A DNA stretch of 64,000 nt, taken from NCBI GenBank assembly GCA_964651785.1, contig CAZYWJ010000002.1:3834-67833 (forward strand), given 5' to 3'. Position 1 is the first letter of the stretch. Each line of letters starts with the position of its first letter. Below, piece after piece: positions 28,603-37,811 of the stretch. The notes beneath the pieces are model-generated. The model was not told the DNA's origin. It saw only the letters and a program-made list of their open reading frames with translations, and did not search any database. The translations under genes and the position numbers were made by a program. The stretch is from an uncultured Cryomorphaceae bacterium (lineage in GTDB: Bacteria; Bacteroidota; Bacteroidia; Flavobacteriales_D; Cryomorphaceae).

Positions 28603-29084
28603 TGCAGCGATTTCTCTTTTGGTTAGTTGTGATTTCAGCACTTACGGCCTGCACGGACGAGAATCGCGTATTTGAAGAAAACGTAGAAATTCCGAACGAA
28701 AAGTGGACCGTGGCCGAGAAAGCCATTTTAGAAGCAGAAATTACCGATACGGTTTCAAGTCATAATTTCTTGATTAACGTGCGGAATACCGAGCGCTACC
28801 CCTACCGAAATCTTTACGTTTTTGTAAAAACGATTTTCCCTAACGGTAAATCTTCAAAGGATACCGTAGGCATTGTTCTAGCCGATCCCACCGGCAGATG
28901 GCTGGGTAGTGGTGGCGGCTACCTGAACAGCAGCAGCCATTTGTCCAACACCATCATGTATCAATACAATCGGAGGTTTCCGCTCTCGGGAATGTATCGA
29001 TTTGAAATCGAGCAAGCCATGCGAACTGACACACTGGTGGGAATAAAAAACATTGGCTTGCGCATAGAGAAGACCAACAAATAA
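28602..29084 (+). CDS. gldH: gliding motility lipoprotein GldH
   Basis: 160 aa with lipobox LTACT. The pattern RVFEE...W...NVRNTERYPYRNLYVFV...EIEQAMR...GIKNIGLRIEK matches GldH as I recall it. The PSP1 - gldH - PBP1A neighbourhood is typical of Flavobacteriia. Confidence 0.7.
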   Translation: MQRFLFWLVVISALTACTDENRVFEENVEIPNEKWTVAEKAILEAEITDTVSSHNFLINVRNTERYPYRNLYVFVKTIFPNGKSSKDTVGIVLADPTGRWLGSGGGYLNSSSHLSNTIMYQYNRRFPLSGMYRFEIEQAMRTDTLVGIKNIGLRIEKTNK

Positions 29085-29138
29085 GATCTTCGAGCAAGGT
29101 ATTTTGGTCAATTACGTTTTAATTCGAAATATTTTCAG

Positions 29139-31559
29139 ATGACAGAAACTCCTCCGGAAAAAAAGAAAGTGAGAAAAAGAACTATTTTTTTGCTTTGGCT
29201 TTTGGGCCTTTCTCCGATTATTTTGCTCGCGGCCCTTCTGTACTTTGCGGCCAATAGCGATTTGCCGGATACAACGGCATTGGCCAATCCGCGAACCAAT
29301 TTGGCTACTCAAGTCATTTCTGCAGATGGAGAAATCTTAGGTCGCTTCTATTTGGAAAATCGAACCAATGCAGAATTTGAAGAATTGTCGCCGGATTTGG
29401 TAAAAGCCCTTATTGCTACAGAAGACGAACGCTTTTACGAGCATTCAGGAATTGATTTAAGAGGAACGGCCAGAGCGGGAATTTATCTCGGATCTAAGGG
29501 TGGAGCGAGCACCATCACCCAGCAGCTCGCCAAAATGCTTTTTACCGAAGAGCCGGGAAATGGTGTGAAACGAGTTTTCCAAAAATTTCAAGAGTGGATC
29601 ATCGCGGTAGAGCTGGAAAAACGCTACACCAAGCAAGAAATTCTGACACTTTACCTGAACAAATTTGATTGGATAAATCAAGCAGTCGGAATCCGATCGG
29701 CAGCCAATATTTACTTCAACACTACACCCGATTCACTAAAAATCGAAGAGGCTGCCATGCTGGTAGGAATGGCTAAAAATCCCTCACTTTACAATCCACT
29801 TCGACGACCCGAACAAACGCGCGATCGGCGAAACGTTGTGCTCGGTCAAATGGTGCGTAACGAATTCATAACGCGAGCCGAATTTGACTCGCTGACCGCT
29901 CTTCCACTTGAGCTGGACGTGCAGAGCATTGACCACCAAGAAGGTTTGGCGCCTTACTTTCGTGAAATTCTTAGAGGTGAGGTGAAAAATCTCTTAGCCG
30001 AAACGGATCAGAACGGAAAATTGGTTTACGCAAAGTCTGACGGCTCACCCTATAGCATCTATAGTGACGGATTGAAGATTTATACCACGATCGATTCGCG
30101 AATGCAGCGCTACGCAGAAGAGGCGGTGGCAAAACACCTGGGCGGCGAGCTCCAAGAGGAGTTTTGGAATGATATTGCGAAATACAATAATCCGCCCTTC
30201 TCCAACGACCTGAGCTCTGAAGAGATTAAGAATATTGAAAGAGCTGCCATGCGCCGTACGGAGCGCTACCGCATATTGAGCGGGAAAGAGTGTCCTAATT
30301 GCAATCGACGAGTAAATATCGAAGAAACGATGGTAGACGGTGAGCCACACTATCACTGCACGGCTGATGATTGTGAAGAAAAATGGGAAGCTGTGCCGCA
30401 AGACAGCGTTGAAAGCATCTTCAGAAATCAGAAGGTTAAGATGTCCGTTTTTTCCTGGCAAGGAGAAATAGATACGTTGATGACACCCATGGATAGCATC
30501 CTTTACTACAAAAGCATCTTGCAGTCGGGTTTGGTAAGCATCGATCCTAAAACGGGTTTTGTAAAAGCCTGGGTAGGCGGAAATAACTACAAGCACTTTC
30601 AATACGACCACGTAAAGCAGGGAAAGAGACAGGTCGGGTCTACTTTCAAACCTTTCGTTTACGCCACGGCCATTCGGGAAGGGTACTCGCCTTGTTATGA
30701 AGTGCCTAAAGTGCCCACCACTTTCCGCAAAGGAACTTTTAATCTTTTGGAAGATTATACACCTCACGATCCGGGCAGAGATTATGGTTATTTGGTTTCC
30801 CTGAAATGGGGATTGGCAAATTCCGTGAATACGGTCACTGCGTGGGTGATGAAGCAATTCGGCCCTGAAGCGGTCATCAAGTTGGCCAAGGACTTAGGTA
30901 TTGAAAGCGAGATGGAACCGGTCGTTTCTCAATGCTTTGGCGTGGCAGATCTTTCCTTGATGGAAATCACCTCAGCCAATGCCACATTTGCCAATATGGG
31001 GGTTCACATCAAACCGATTTACATTTTACGCATCGAGGACAAAAACGGCAAGACGATCTACAGTATGGAGCCCGAAACCAACGAGGCAATGGACGAGAAG
31101 ACGGCTTACACGATGCTGAGCCTGATGCAAGGAACGGTTGATGGCGTTTACAACAAGCACGAGGGACGAAGCTTGGGAACCGCCGTTCGTTTAAAAATGG
31201 ATCTTCCGAACAGGGATTACGATGGGTTTGACCGTGATCTGAAGATTGCAGGTAAAACGGGAACGACACAGAATCAATCGGACGGATGGTTTATCGGCTT
31301 AACGCCCGATTTGGTCACCGGAGTTTGGGTGGGTGCAGAAGACAGAAGTGTGCATTTTCGATCACTACACTTAGGAATGGGAACCAATATGGCTTTGCCG
31401 ATTTGGGGTTTCTATATGAAAGCCGTCTATGCGGATGAAAACCTTCAAATATCCCAAGGCGATTTTGAAAAACCCGAAGGGTTGAACATAGAACTGGATT
31501 GTAAAAGCTACGCCAAAAACCAAAACATTTTTGATTCTTCAGAAGGCTTATCTTGGTAG
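29139..31559 (+). CDS. mrcA: penicillin-binding protein 1A (bifunctional glycosyltransferase/transpeptidase)
   Basis: 806 aa. GT51 motifs (EDERFYEHSGID, GASTITQQLAK, RKxxE-like) and transpeptidase motifs STFKP, SVN, KTGTT. Confidence 0.9.
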   Translation: MTETPPEKKKVRKRTIFLLWLLGLSPIILLAALLYFAANSDLPDTTALANPRTNLATQVISADGEILGRFYLENRTNAEFEELSPDLVKALIATEDERFYEHSGIDLRGTARAGIYLGSKGGASTITQQLAKMLFTEEPGNGVKRVFQKFQEWIIAVELEKRYTKQEILTLYLNKFDWINQAVGIRSAANIYFNTTPDSLKIEEAAMLVGMAKNPSLYNPLRRPEQTRDRRNVVLGQMVRNEFITRAEFDSLTALPLELDVQSIDHQEGLAPYFREILRGEVKNLLAETDQNGKLVYAKSDGSPYSIYSDGLKIYTTIDSRMQRYAEEAVAKHLGGELQEEFWNDIAKYNNPPFSNDLSSEEIKNIERAAMRRTERYRILSGKECPNCNRRVNIEETMVDGEPHYHCTADDCEEKWEAVPQDSVESIFRNQKVKMSVFSWQGEIDTLMTPMDSILYYKSILQSGLVSIDPKTGFVKAWVGGNNYKHFQYDHVKQGKRQVGSTFKPFVYATAIREGYSPCYEVPKVPTTFRKGTFNLLEDYTPHDPGRDYGYLVSLKWGLANSVNTVTAWVMKQFGPEAVIKLAKDLGIESEMEPVVSQCFGVADLSLMEITSANATFANMGVHIKPIYILRIEDKNGKTIYSMEPETNEAMDEKTAYTMLSLMQGTVDGVYNKHEGRSLGTAVRLKMDLPNRDYDGFDRDLKIAGKTGTTQNQSDGWFIGLTPDLVTGVWVGAEDRSVHFRSLHLGMGTNMALPIWGFYMKAVYADENLQISQGDFEKPEGLNIELDCKSYAKNQNIFDSSEGLSW

Positions 31560-31577
31560 CCAAAATTTGAAATCCTC

Positions 31578-32270
31578 ATGAACAAAGTAGTAAAGAACGC
31601 CGCGGAAGCTATAAAAGGCATTGATTCAAACATGACGATTATGTTGGGCGGATTTGGCCTTTGTGGCATTCCCGAAAATTGCATTGATGCGCTTTCAAAC
31701 ACATCTATAAGTGGTCTAACTTGTATCTCAAACAATGCCGGAGTAGATGATTTCGGCTTGGGGCTACTTTTGAAGAAGAAGCAAATTAAGAAGATGATCT
31801 CTTCTTATGTGGGAGAGAATAAAGAGTTTGAGCGGCAAATGCTCAGCGGTGAGCTCGAGGTGGAGCTGATTCCGCAGGGTACCTTGGCGGAAAGATGTCG
31901 CGCCACCGGAGCCGGTATCCCTGCATTCTTTACCCCGGCAGGATACGGCACCGAAGTAGCGGAAGGAAAAGAGGTACGAGAATTTAACGGGAAAATGCAC
32001 ATTCTCGAACATAGTTTTGACCCTGATTTTGCCATCGTAAAAGCCTGGAAAGGCGACACGGAAGGAAATCTTATATACAATGCGACCGCACGAAATTTTA
32101 ATCCCATGATGGCTATGGCGGGAAAAATCACCATAGCCGAAGTGGAAGAACTGGTGCCTGCCGGCGAATTGGATCCCAATGAAATCCACACACCCGGCAT
32201 TTTTGTCCAGCGAATTTTCCAAGGAGAAAAATTCGAGAAAAGAATCGAGCAAAGGACGGTTCGATCATAA
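31578..32270 (+). CDS. scoA: 3-oxoacid CoA-transferase subunit A
   Basis: 230 aa with [34 protein letters not shown] and TARNFNP. Confidence 0.9.
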   Translation: MNKVVKNAAEAIKGIDSNMTIMLGGFGLCGIPENCIDALSNTSISGLTCISNNAGVDDFGLGLLLKKKQIKKMISSYVGENKEFERQMLSGELEVELIPQGTLAERCRATGAGIPAFFTPAGYGTEVAEGKEVREFNGKMHILEHSFDPDFAIVKAWKGDTEGNLIYNATARNFNPMMAMAGKITIAEVEELVPAGELDPNEIHTPGIFVQRIFQGEKFEKRIEQRTVRS

Positions 32271-32276
32271 ATTCAA

Positions 32277-33755
32277 ATGAGGTTCGATAAGAAGGATTTT
32301 TTCGTAATATTTTCGGTATTAACTGCCGTAGTTATCTCATACTTCATTTTTGGCGCTCCGTATAGTTTTCGATTTAATACGGATAATGCCGTCCACGTAT
32401 TAATGGCGGCAGATTTTGATTGGACTGAAGATTTTTACTATTGGGCACAGAATAGACTGGGAAGTTTCTCAGCTCTTTTGGGTTCGTGGTTGGTAAAAAT
32501 CGGAGTTGCGCCAATTCATGCGGTAACCATGGTGAAATATGGTTGGATTATTTCAATTATTTTCTTTGCCGGAAAGCTGATAAAAAATAGATGGCTAACT
32601 ATTATCCTCGCTTTAACACTACTCTTTCCTTCAGTCTATCATTTCAGACTTTTGCAATTGGCTCATCCTTATCCGGAGCAGATCAGTGCTATTCTGTTTG
32701 CAGCAGTATTCTTTAAATCGGCAATAGAAAATCGAAGTGATGTCGGAATTCTACGCATGGCCGGTATAGGCATTTTTTCTGCCTTAGCTTTATGGGTTAA
32801 TGACGCCACCTTTGTTTTTATCGGAATTTTCATCGTCGCTCTTAGTATAGCTCAATGGCAAAAACTCATCAAGCTTACCCGGGGCTCGGTTTTAAGCTTT
32901 ATTTTAGGATTAGGCATTCCCGCAGCATATATCATATATCGAAAAGTCACCACTATTGATTATACGGGATACGGTCAGCAATCCGTCAATTCGCTCTCTG
33001 TTTTCGCCGGCTCACTAGTGTCGTGGTACAAAGAATATCTGCCTTTCTTTTCAAACGATGAACCGATTTTTCTATCAACCTACTTTGCCGCTTTGCTTCC
33101 CATATTCGTGTTTGCGGGTTTTGTATTTATTGGATATATACTGGTTAAAAGAAAAAGCACATTATCTGAGCTACTTATTCCGGCTCTCCTAATCGCAACG
33201 GCTACGACCCTATACGTGTTGGTTTGTTTATCCGAATGGTATATTAAAAATGAATCAAACAGTCGATACTTGATTTCTTCTTTTTATTTGTTCTTAATCG
33301 GAATATTCATTTTAATAAATCAGAGGAAGCAAGATACGAAGACACCTGCTGCATCACTGATTCTTCTCTCATCAGTCTTAGTGGTTATCGGGGCTATAAC
33401 CGGGCTAACCATGACTAAAACAAGTAGATTCTCAATTGACGAGGACCAAAAAGATGAGTTAAAGCAGCTTTACGGAAAGGGATTGATAAGCAATTATTGG
33501 TTTAGCTATGCCATTTCAGCGCATGCCCCTGATAAAATAGCTGCCACTCCTCGAGCAGGTGATTGGATGCGGAGCCATGAGGAAAAAAATAAAGTTTTGG
33601 AATCTGATACGATCTATATTGTAAAAACCCAATGGTTAGAGAGCTACCCCGACACTATTGAGCAATGGGGAGTTTACATGAAAAAAATGGAACCTTTGCA
33701 CGAGATTTCCGTCGGAAACGCTACGATGGCGGGATATAAAAGAATATACAATTAA
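32277..33755 (+). CDS. polytopic membrane protein (possible GT-C-fold glycosyltransferase) inserted between scoA and scoB
   Basis: 492 aa with about 10 or more hydrophobic helices, an acidic first loop (NTDNAVHVLMAADFDWTEDFYYW) and a soluble C-terminal domain of about 110 aa. The family assignment is inferred, not recognised with certainty. Confidence 0.5.
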   Translation: MRFDKKDFFVIFSVLTAVVISYFIFGAPYSFRFNTDNAVHVLMAADFDWTEDFYYWAQNRLGSFSALLGSWLVKIGVAPIHAVTMVKYGWIISIIFFAGKLIKNRWLTIILALTLLFPSVYHFRLLQLAHPYPEQISAILFAAVFFKSAIENRSDVGILRMAGIGIFSALALWVNDATFVFIGIFIVALSIAQWQKLIKLTRGSVLSFILGLGIPAAYIIYRKVTTIDYTGYGQQSVNSLSVFAGSLVSWYKEYLPFFSNDEPIFLSTYFAALLPIFVFAGFVFIGYILVKRKSTLSELLIPALLIATATTLYVLVCLSEWYIKNESNSRYLISSFYLFLIGIFILINQRKQDTKTPAASLILLSSVLVVIGAITGLTMTKTSRFSIDEDQKDELKQLYGKGLISNYWFSYAISAHAPDKIAATPRAGDWMRSHEEKNKVLESDTIYIVKTQWLESYPDTIEQWGVYMKKMEPLHEISVGNATMAGYKRIYN

Positions 33756-33770
33756 ATCTAAATTTAGACC

Positions 33771-34430
33771 ATGAGCTTGAGTAAAGAACAAATTGCAAAA
33801 CGAATAGCCCGAGAACTGGAAGACGGATTTTATGTGAATTTGGGTATCGGTATTCCGACGCTTGTGGCCAATTATGTACCTGAAGGAATTTCCGTCGAAT
33901 TTCAATCTGAAAACGGAGTATTGGGAATGGGACCTTTCCCCACGGAGGAAGAGGTAGACGCCGACCTGATAAACGCAGGAAAACAAACCATCACCGTTAA
34001 GAAGGGTGCCTCTTTTTTCGATTCTGCCACAAGCTTTGCCATGATCAGAGGGCAGCACGTTCAGTTAACCGTTTTGGGAGCGATGGAAGTTTCCGAAAAC
34101 GGTGACATAGCCAATTGGAAAATACCCGGGAAAATGGTGAAGGGAATGGGAGGAGCGATGGATTTGGTAGCCTCTGCAGAGAATATAATCGTAGCCATGA
34201 CTCATACCAACAAGCACGGACAAAGTAAATTATTGAAAGAATGCAGTCTGCCACTTACCGGAGTACGGTGTGTGAAAAGAATCATTACGGACCTTGCCGT
34301 ATTAGACATTCATCCTGAGGGAGGATTTGTATTAAGGGAATTAGCACCCGGAGTAACAGTGGAGGAAGTAAAAGAAAAGACGGAAGGAAAACTCCGAATT
34401 ATTGACGATCCTATAACGATATCCGTTTAA
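33771..34430 (+). CDS. scoB: 3-oxoacid CoA-transferase subunit B
   Basis: 219 aa with YVNLGIGIPT, SENG (catalytic Glu region: FQSENGVLGMGP) and GMGGAMDL. Confidence 0.9.
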   Translation: MSLSKEQIAKRIARELEDGFYVNLGIGIPTLVANYVPEGISVEFQSENGVLGMGPFPTEEEVDADLINAGKQTITVKKGASFFDSATSFAMIRGQHVQLTVLGAMEVSENGDIANWKIPGKMVKGMGGAMDLVASAENIIVAMTHTNKHGQSKLLKECSLPLTGVRCVKRIITDLAVLDIHPEGGFVLRELAPGVTVEEVKEKTEGKLRIIDDPITISV

Positions 34431-34441
34431 ACTGATTTTGA

Positions 34442-35851
34442 ATGAAACAGAATCCCGTAAGCCTTGCCGTTGTTTTAATAGGTATTGTACTAGGCTATCT
34501 TTCGTTCAGTTCCTTTGGAAATGGCATTTCCATGTCTTGGGATGCGTTTGGATATTACTATTATCTCCCATTGGCTTTCCTCCAGGACTCGATGATTATC
34601 GATAGTCTGGCAGAAGTCAAGAACATTTTTGATCAATACAATCCCAGCTCCACAATTTATCAATTTACCGCTACGGACAATGGTAAGTTTATCGTTCTTT
34701 ATACCGCCGGGCAGGCGTTACTCTATTTACCCTTCTTCCTGCTTGGCCATTTGGGAGCTCTCTTATTTGGATTTGAACCGGATGGATTTTCAGCTCCTTA
34801 TGATTTTGCGATCAGACTTGGAGGTGTCTTTTACCATACCGCAGGTTTTTATTTTATCGGCAAATTATTAGCACGACGATATAGCAGAAAAGTAGTGGCG
34901 ATCTCTCTTATCGTTCTTTTTTTTGGTACCAATGAATTGCTAACCCTACAATCGCCACTTAATGCTCACGGATCGCTCATTTTCCTGCTCTCCATTCTAT
35001 TTTATTCTGCTGAGAAATATTTTTCGGAGAGAAAATTTAGTGCCGTGGTGGCTATGGCAATCACTTTCGGTATAGCCCGCCTGAGCAGACCAACCGATAT
35101 TATTGCCATTATTCCAATCATCCTTTGGCCTTGGATTATGGGCAAGGAACTCAAACCGGAATGGAATGATATCTTAGAAAATCATAGAAAAGATTTGATA
35201 ATCGGAGCAATGATAGTTGCAATCATAGGCTCCATTCAAATGCTTTATTGGAAGTATGCGGGAGGAAGTTTCATAATTGACAGCTACAGCAATGCCGCTG
35301 AAGGCCTCGACTTCTTTTCACCTCATACCATACCATTTTTATTTGGCTTTAAAGTCGGCTGGTTTGTGTACACACCTCTCATGATTTTTGTAATGGCTTA
35401 TCTCATCAGCCAAATCATAAAAGGAGACAGGGCAATGAAGGTTGTAGGAGTATATCTTGTCATCTTCATATATCTCGCCTCTTCATGGACCAACTATTGG
35501 TATGGAGGATCTTTTTCGCAGCGAGCAATGGTACAATCATACGTACTCATCAGCTTCGCTTTGGCGGGACTCATTCAATGGATTTTTGAGATTAATTCAA
35601 CCGGTTACAGGAGGCTTGCTTTTACGGGGATAGCCACTTTATGTCTTTTGAATCTATGGCAATCGGGACAATATATGAGGAGTGTATTTAAGCCGGATAC
35701 GATGACTAAAGAGTATTATTTTGCCGCTTTCTTTGATTATCATTTTGATCCGTCAAAGGCTCATCTTCTTTCGATTGATCGCACTTATTATCAAATCAAT
35801 CCTGTGAGCGAAGTGCCCGAAGGCTACCATCTATCTCGTAAACGAGTTTGA
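34442..35851 (+). CDS. polytopic membrane protein (GT-C / ArnT-PMT-like candidate), apparently truncated by a frameshift
   Basis: 469 aa with many TM helices. The first loop reads SMSWDAFGYYYYLPLAF. The ORF stops at 35851, but another frame stays open from 35808 to 36209. Confidence 0.55.
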   Translation: MKQNPVSLAVVLIGIVLGYLSFSSFGNGISMSWDAFGYYYYLPLAFLQDSMIIDSLAEVKNIFDQYNPSSTIYQFTATDNGKFIVLYTAGQALLYLPFFLLGHLGALLFGFEPDGFSAPYDFAIRLGGVFYHTAGFYFIGKLLARRYSRKVVAISLIVLFFGTNELLTLQSPLNAHGSLIFLLSILFYSAEKYFSERKFSAVVAMAITFGIARLSRPTDIIAIIPIILWPWIMGKELKPEWNDILENHRKDLIIGAMIVAIIGSIQMLYWKYAGGSFIIDSYSNAAEGLDFFSPHTIPFLFGFKVGWFVYTPLMIFVMAYLISQIIKGDRAMKVVGVYLVIFIYLASSWTNYWYGGSFSQRAMVQSYVLISFALAGLIQWIFEINSTGYRRLAFTGIATLCLLNLWQSGQYMRSVFKPDTMTKEYYFAAFFDYHFDPSKAHLLSIDRTYYQINPVSEVPEGYHLSRKRV

Positions 35852-36209
35852 TTATCCATTACCGGAAGGTTCAAAAATTGACGGGCTGGAATTTGCTGCA
35901 ACTTTTGAGGAGGAGTACCGGAATATATGCCCTGAAGAACATTGCTGGATTCGAATTCAGGTAGAAATGGCTGAGCCACTGACGGGCGAACTCCTATTGG
36001 TCACTCATTTTTCTAATAGCCAAGGAAATTATTACTACTTCGCTCACGATATTTCGCAAGATGATCCTCAACGTCTTGATCAGTTTCGCATCACTCCCCA
36101 CGTCAGAAGCAGTTCCGATAAGTTTAAGACGTATCTCTGGAATCGAGCGGGCACCAACGGAACGGTGAAAAAGGCATGGCTTGAAGTTTACGCTCCAACG
36201 GAAGAATGA
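35808..36209 (+). pseudogene. downstream reading frame that continues the preceding membrane-protein gene after a frame change (track ORF 35967..36209 is its tail)
   Basis: Own translation upstream of the 35967 ATG stays open back to 35808: AKCPKATIYLVNEFDYPLPEGSKIDGLEFAATFEEEYRNICPEEHCWIRIQVEMAEPLTGELLLV... There is no plausible separate start or promoter. Confidence 0.5.
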
Positions 36210-36252
36210 AAATTGTTTCTTATAAATTACCTTTGTGGGCTATTTTGAAAAC

Positions 36253-36978
36253 ATGACTTTACCTATCTCCAAATTATCGATTGCCATCCCGGCTTATAAT
36301 GAGGGTGCTACCATTCACCTCATACTTAATAGGATAAAGGATGTAACTCTTATTGGAAATATCGAAAAGGAATTGGTTATTGTCAATGATTTTTCTACGG
36401 ATAATACTGCCGCAGCAGTGAGAAAATACATGGCGGAAAACCCTGACTTGAATATTCAATTCTACGAGCAACCGAAGAATATGGGAAAAGGAGCAGCATT
36501 GCACCGCGCCATTAAGGAATCAACGGGAGACTTTATCATCATTCAAGACGCAGACTTGGAATACGATCCGAGAGAGTACAATGACCTCTTGAAACCTGTC
36601 GTTGAAGGAAACGCCGACGTGGTATATGGCTCCAGATTTTTGGGTGGTAACCCTCACCGAATTCTCTTCTTCTGGCACAGCATCGGAAATAAATTTTTGA
36701 CCACGCTTTCCAACGCCTTTACCAATTTGAACCTAACCGATATGGAAACGTGCTATAAATTGATGCGGGCCGACCATATCAAATCATTGGACCTTAAGGA
36801 AAAACGTTTTGGATTCGAGCCTGAAGTTACTGCCAAACTTTCTCGAATTGAGAAAATTCGTTTTTATGAGGTGGGCATATCCTATTACGGAAGAACTTTT
36901 GAAGAAGGTAAGAAGATTGGTTGGAAAGATGGCTTTCGCGCGATTTACTGTATAATGAAATACAACCTCTTCCGCTAG
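36253..36978 (+). CDS. family 2 glycosyltransferase (polyprenol-phosphate sugar synthase / DPM1-ArnC-like)
   Basis: [43 protein letters not shown] and VVYGSRF. ATG 36253 is preferred to GTG 36235. Confidence 0.8.
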   Translation: MTLPISKLSIAIPAYNEGATIHLILNRIKDVTLIGNIEKELVIVNDFSTDNTAAAVRKYMAENPDLNIQFYEQPKNMGKGAALHRAIKESTGDFIIIQDADLEYDPREYNDLLKPVVEGNADVVYGSRFLGGNPHRILFFWHSIGNKFLTTLSNAFTNLNLTDMETCYKLMRADHIKSLDLKEKRFGFEPEVTAKLSRIEKIRFYEVGISYYGRTFEEGKKIGWKDGFRAIYCIMKYNLFR

Positions 36979-37712
36979 ACCTTTTTTCCCACTGCGATTA
37001 CAGAGAGTCCGACTCGTTTCATCAACAACTTATCTAATATTTTGAAAACGGGCACTCCCATATTGTAGAGTTTCATCTGGCCACCGCCTACCGTTCTCTG
37101 ACGAGTAACCAACCCGGCAGCAAACCAACCCGGTATCCCCATAAAGTTAAAGTATTGCTTGTGCTCTATTTTCAAATCAGCTCCCTCGAGCAATTTTGTT
37201 AGCGAGTTTTTGGTGTAACGACGATAATGGTCCAGGCCTTTATCTATGCTGTTGAATAAGGTCTGATAGGCGGGCACCAGAATAGTGATTTGACCACCGG
37301 GCTTCAGGAGTTTCGTAGCATTTATGACCGCTAATTGATCATTAGCGATATGCTCTACAACATTCAACGAAAAAACCGAATCATATTTACCGATATGTTC
37401 AGAATAAAGGTTGTCAAAATCGGGATGTTCGGCATCCATTTTAACTATTCCGACGAGATTATCATACGAAGAGAATTTTTCCTCCAAGTAGCCACAGTAG
37501 TTTTCACGAATGTCTGATAGTGTGATATCAGCACCGTCGTTAAGGAAAAATTCGGAGATATTCCCTACGCCGCTGCCAATTTCAAAGACTTTCCCTTTGT
37601 TGTAAGGAAGTATTTCACTGTACATCCATTTATTAAAGAGCTGCGCCTCTCCCACTGACTTTAAGGTGTCCTCTCCTTCTTGATCTATTTCTTTAAATTC
37701 AAACTTGGCCAT
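36975..37712 (-). CDS. class I SAM-dependent methyltransferase
   Basis: Motif [13 protein letters not shown] and post-[16 protein letters not shown] 37712 ([10 protein letters not shown]) is preferred to TTG 37763. Confidence 0.8.
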   Translation of the reverse strand: MAKFEFKEIDQEGEDTLKSVGEAQLFNKWMYSEILPYNKGKVFEIGSGVGNISEFFLNDGADITLSDIRENYCGYLEEKFSSYDNLVGIVKMDAEHPDFDNLYSEHIGKYDSVFSLNVVEHIANDQLAVINATKLLKPGGQITILVPAYQTLFNSIDKGLDHYRRYTKNSLTKLLEGADLKIEHKQYFNFMGIPGWFAAGLVTRQRTVGGGQMKLYNMGVPVFKILDKLLMKRVGLSVIAVGKKV

Positions 37713-37811
37713 GATTTTTTTTGTTGAAGGGTGTAAAACTACTCGATATAAATAAGAGGCCAACAGTTTTGACCTGTATACCTAAAGAGGAAGCACTATC
37801 AGAATTGTATT

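Noticed and set aside
28379-28675. A 98-aa plus-strand ORF spanning the PSP1/gldH junction.
   Set aside because: It is an alternative frame of the PSP1 low-complexity tail and of the start of gldH. It has no independent support.
30045-30857. A 270-aa minus-strand ORF.
   Set aside because: It is antisense to PBP1A, within the linker and transpeptidase region. It is a shadow ORF.
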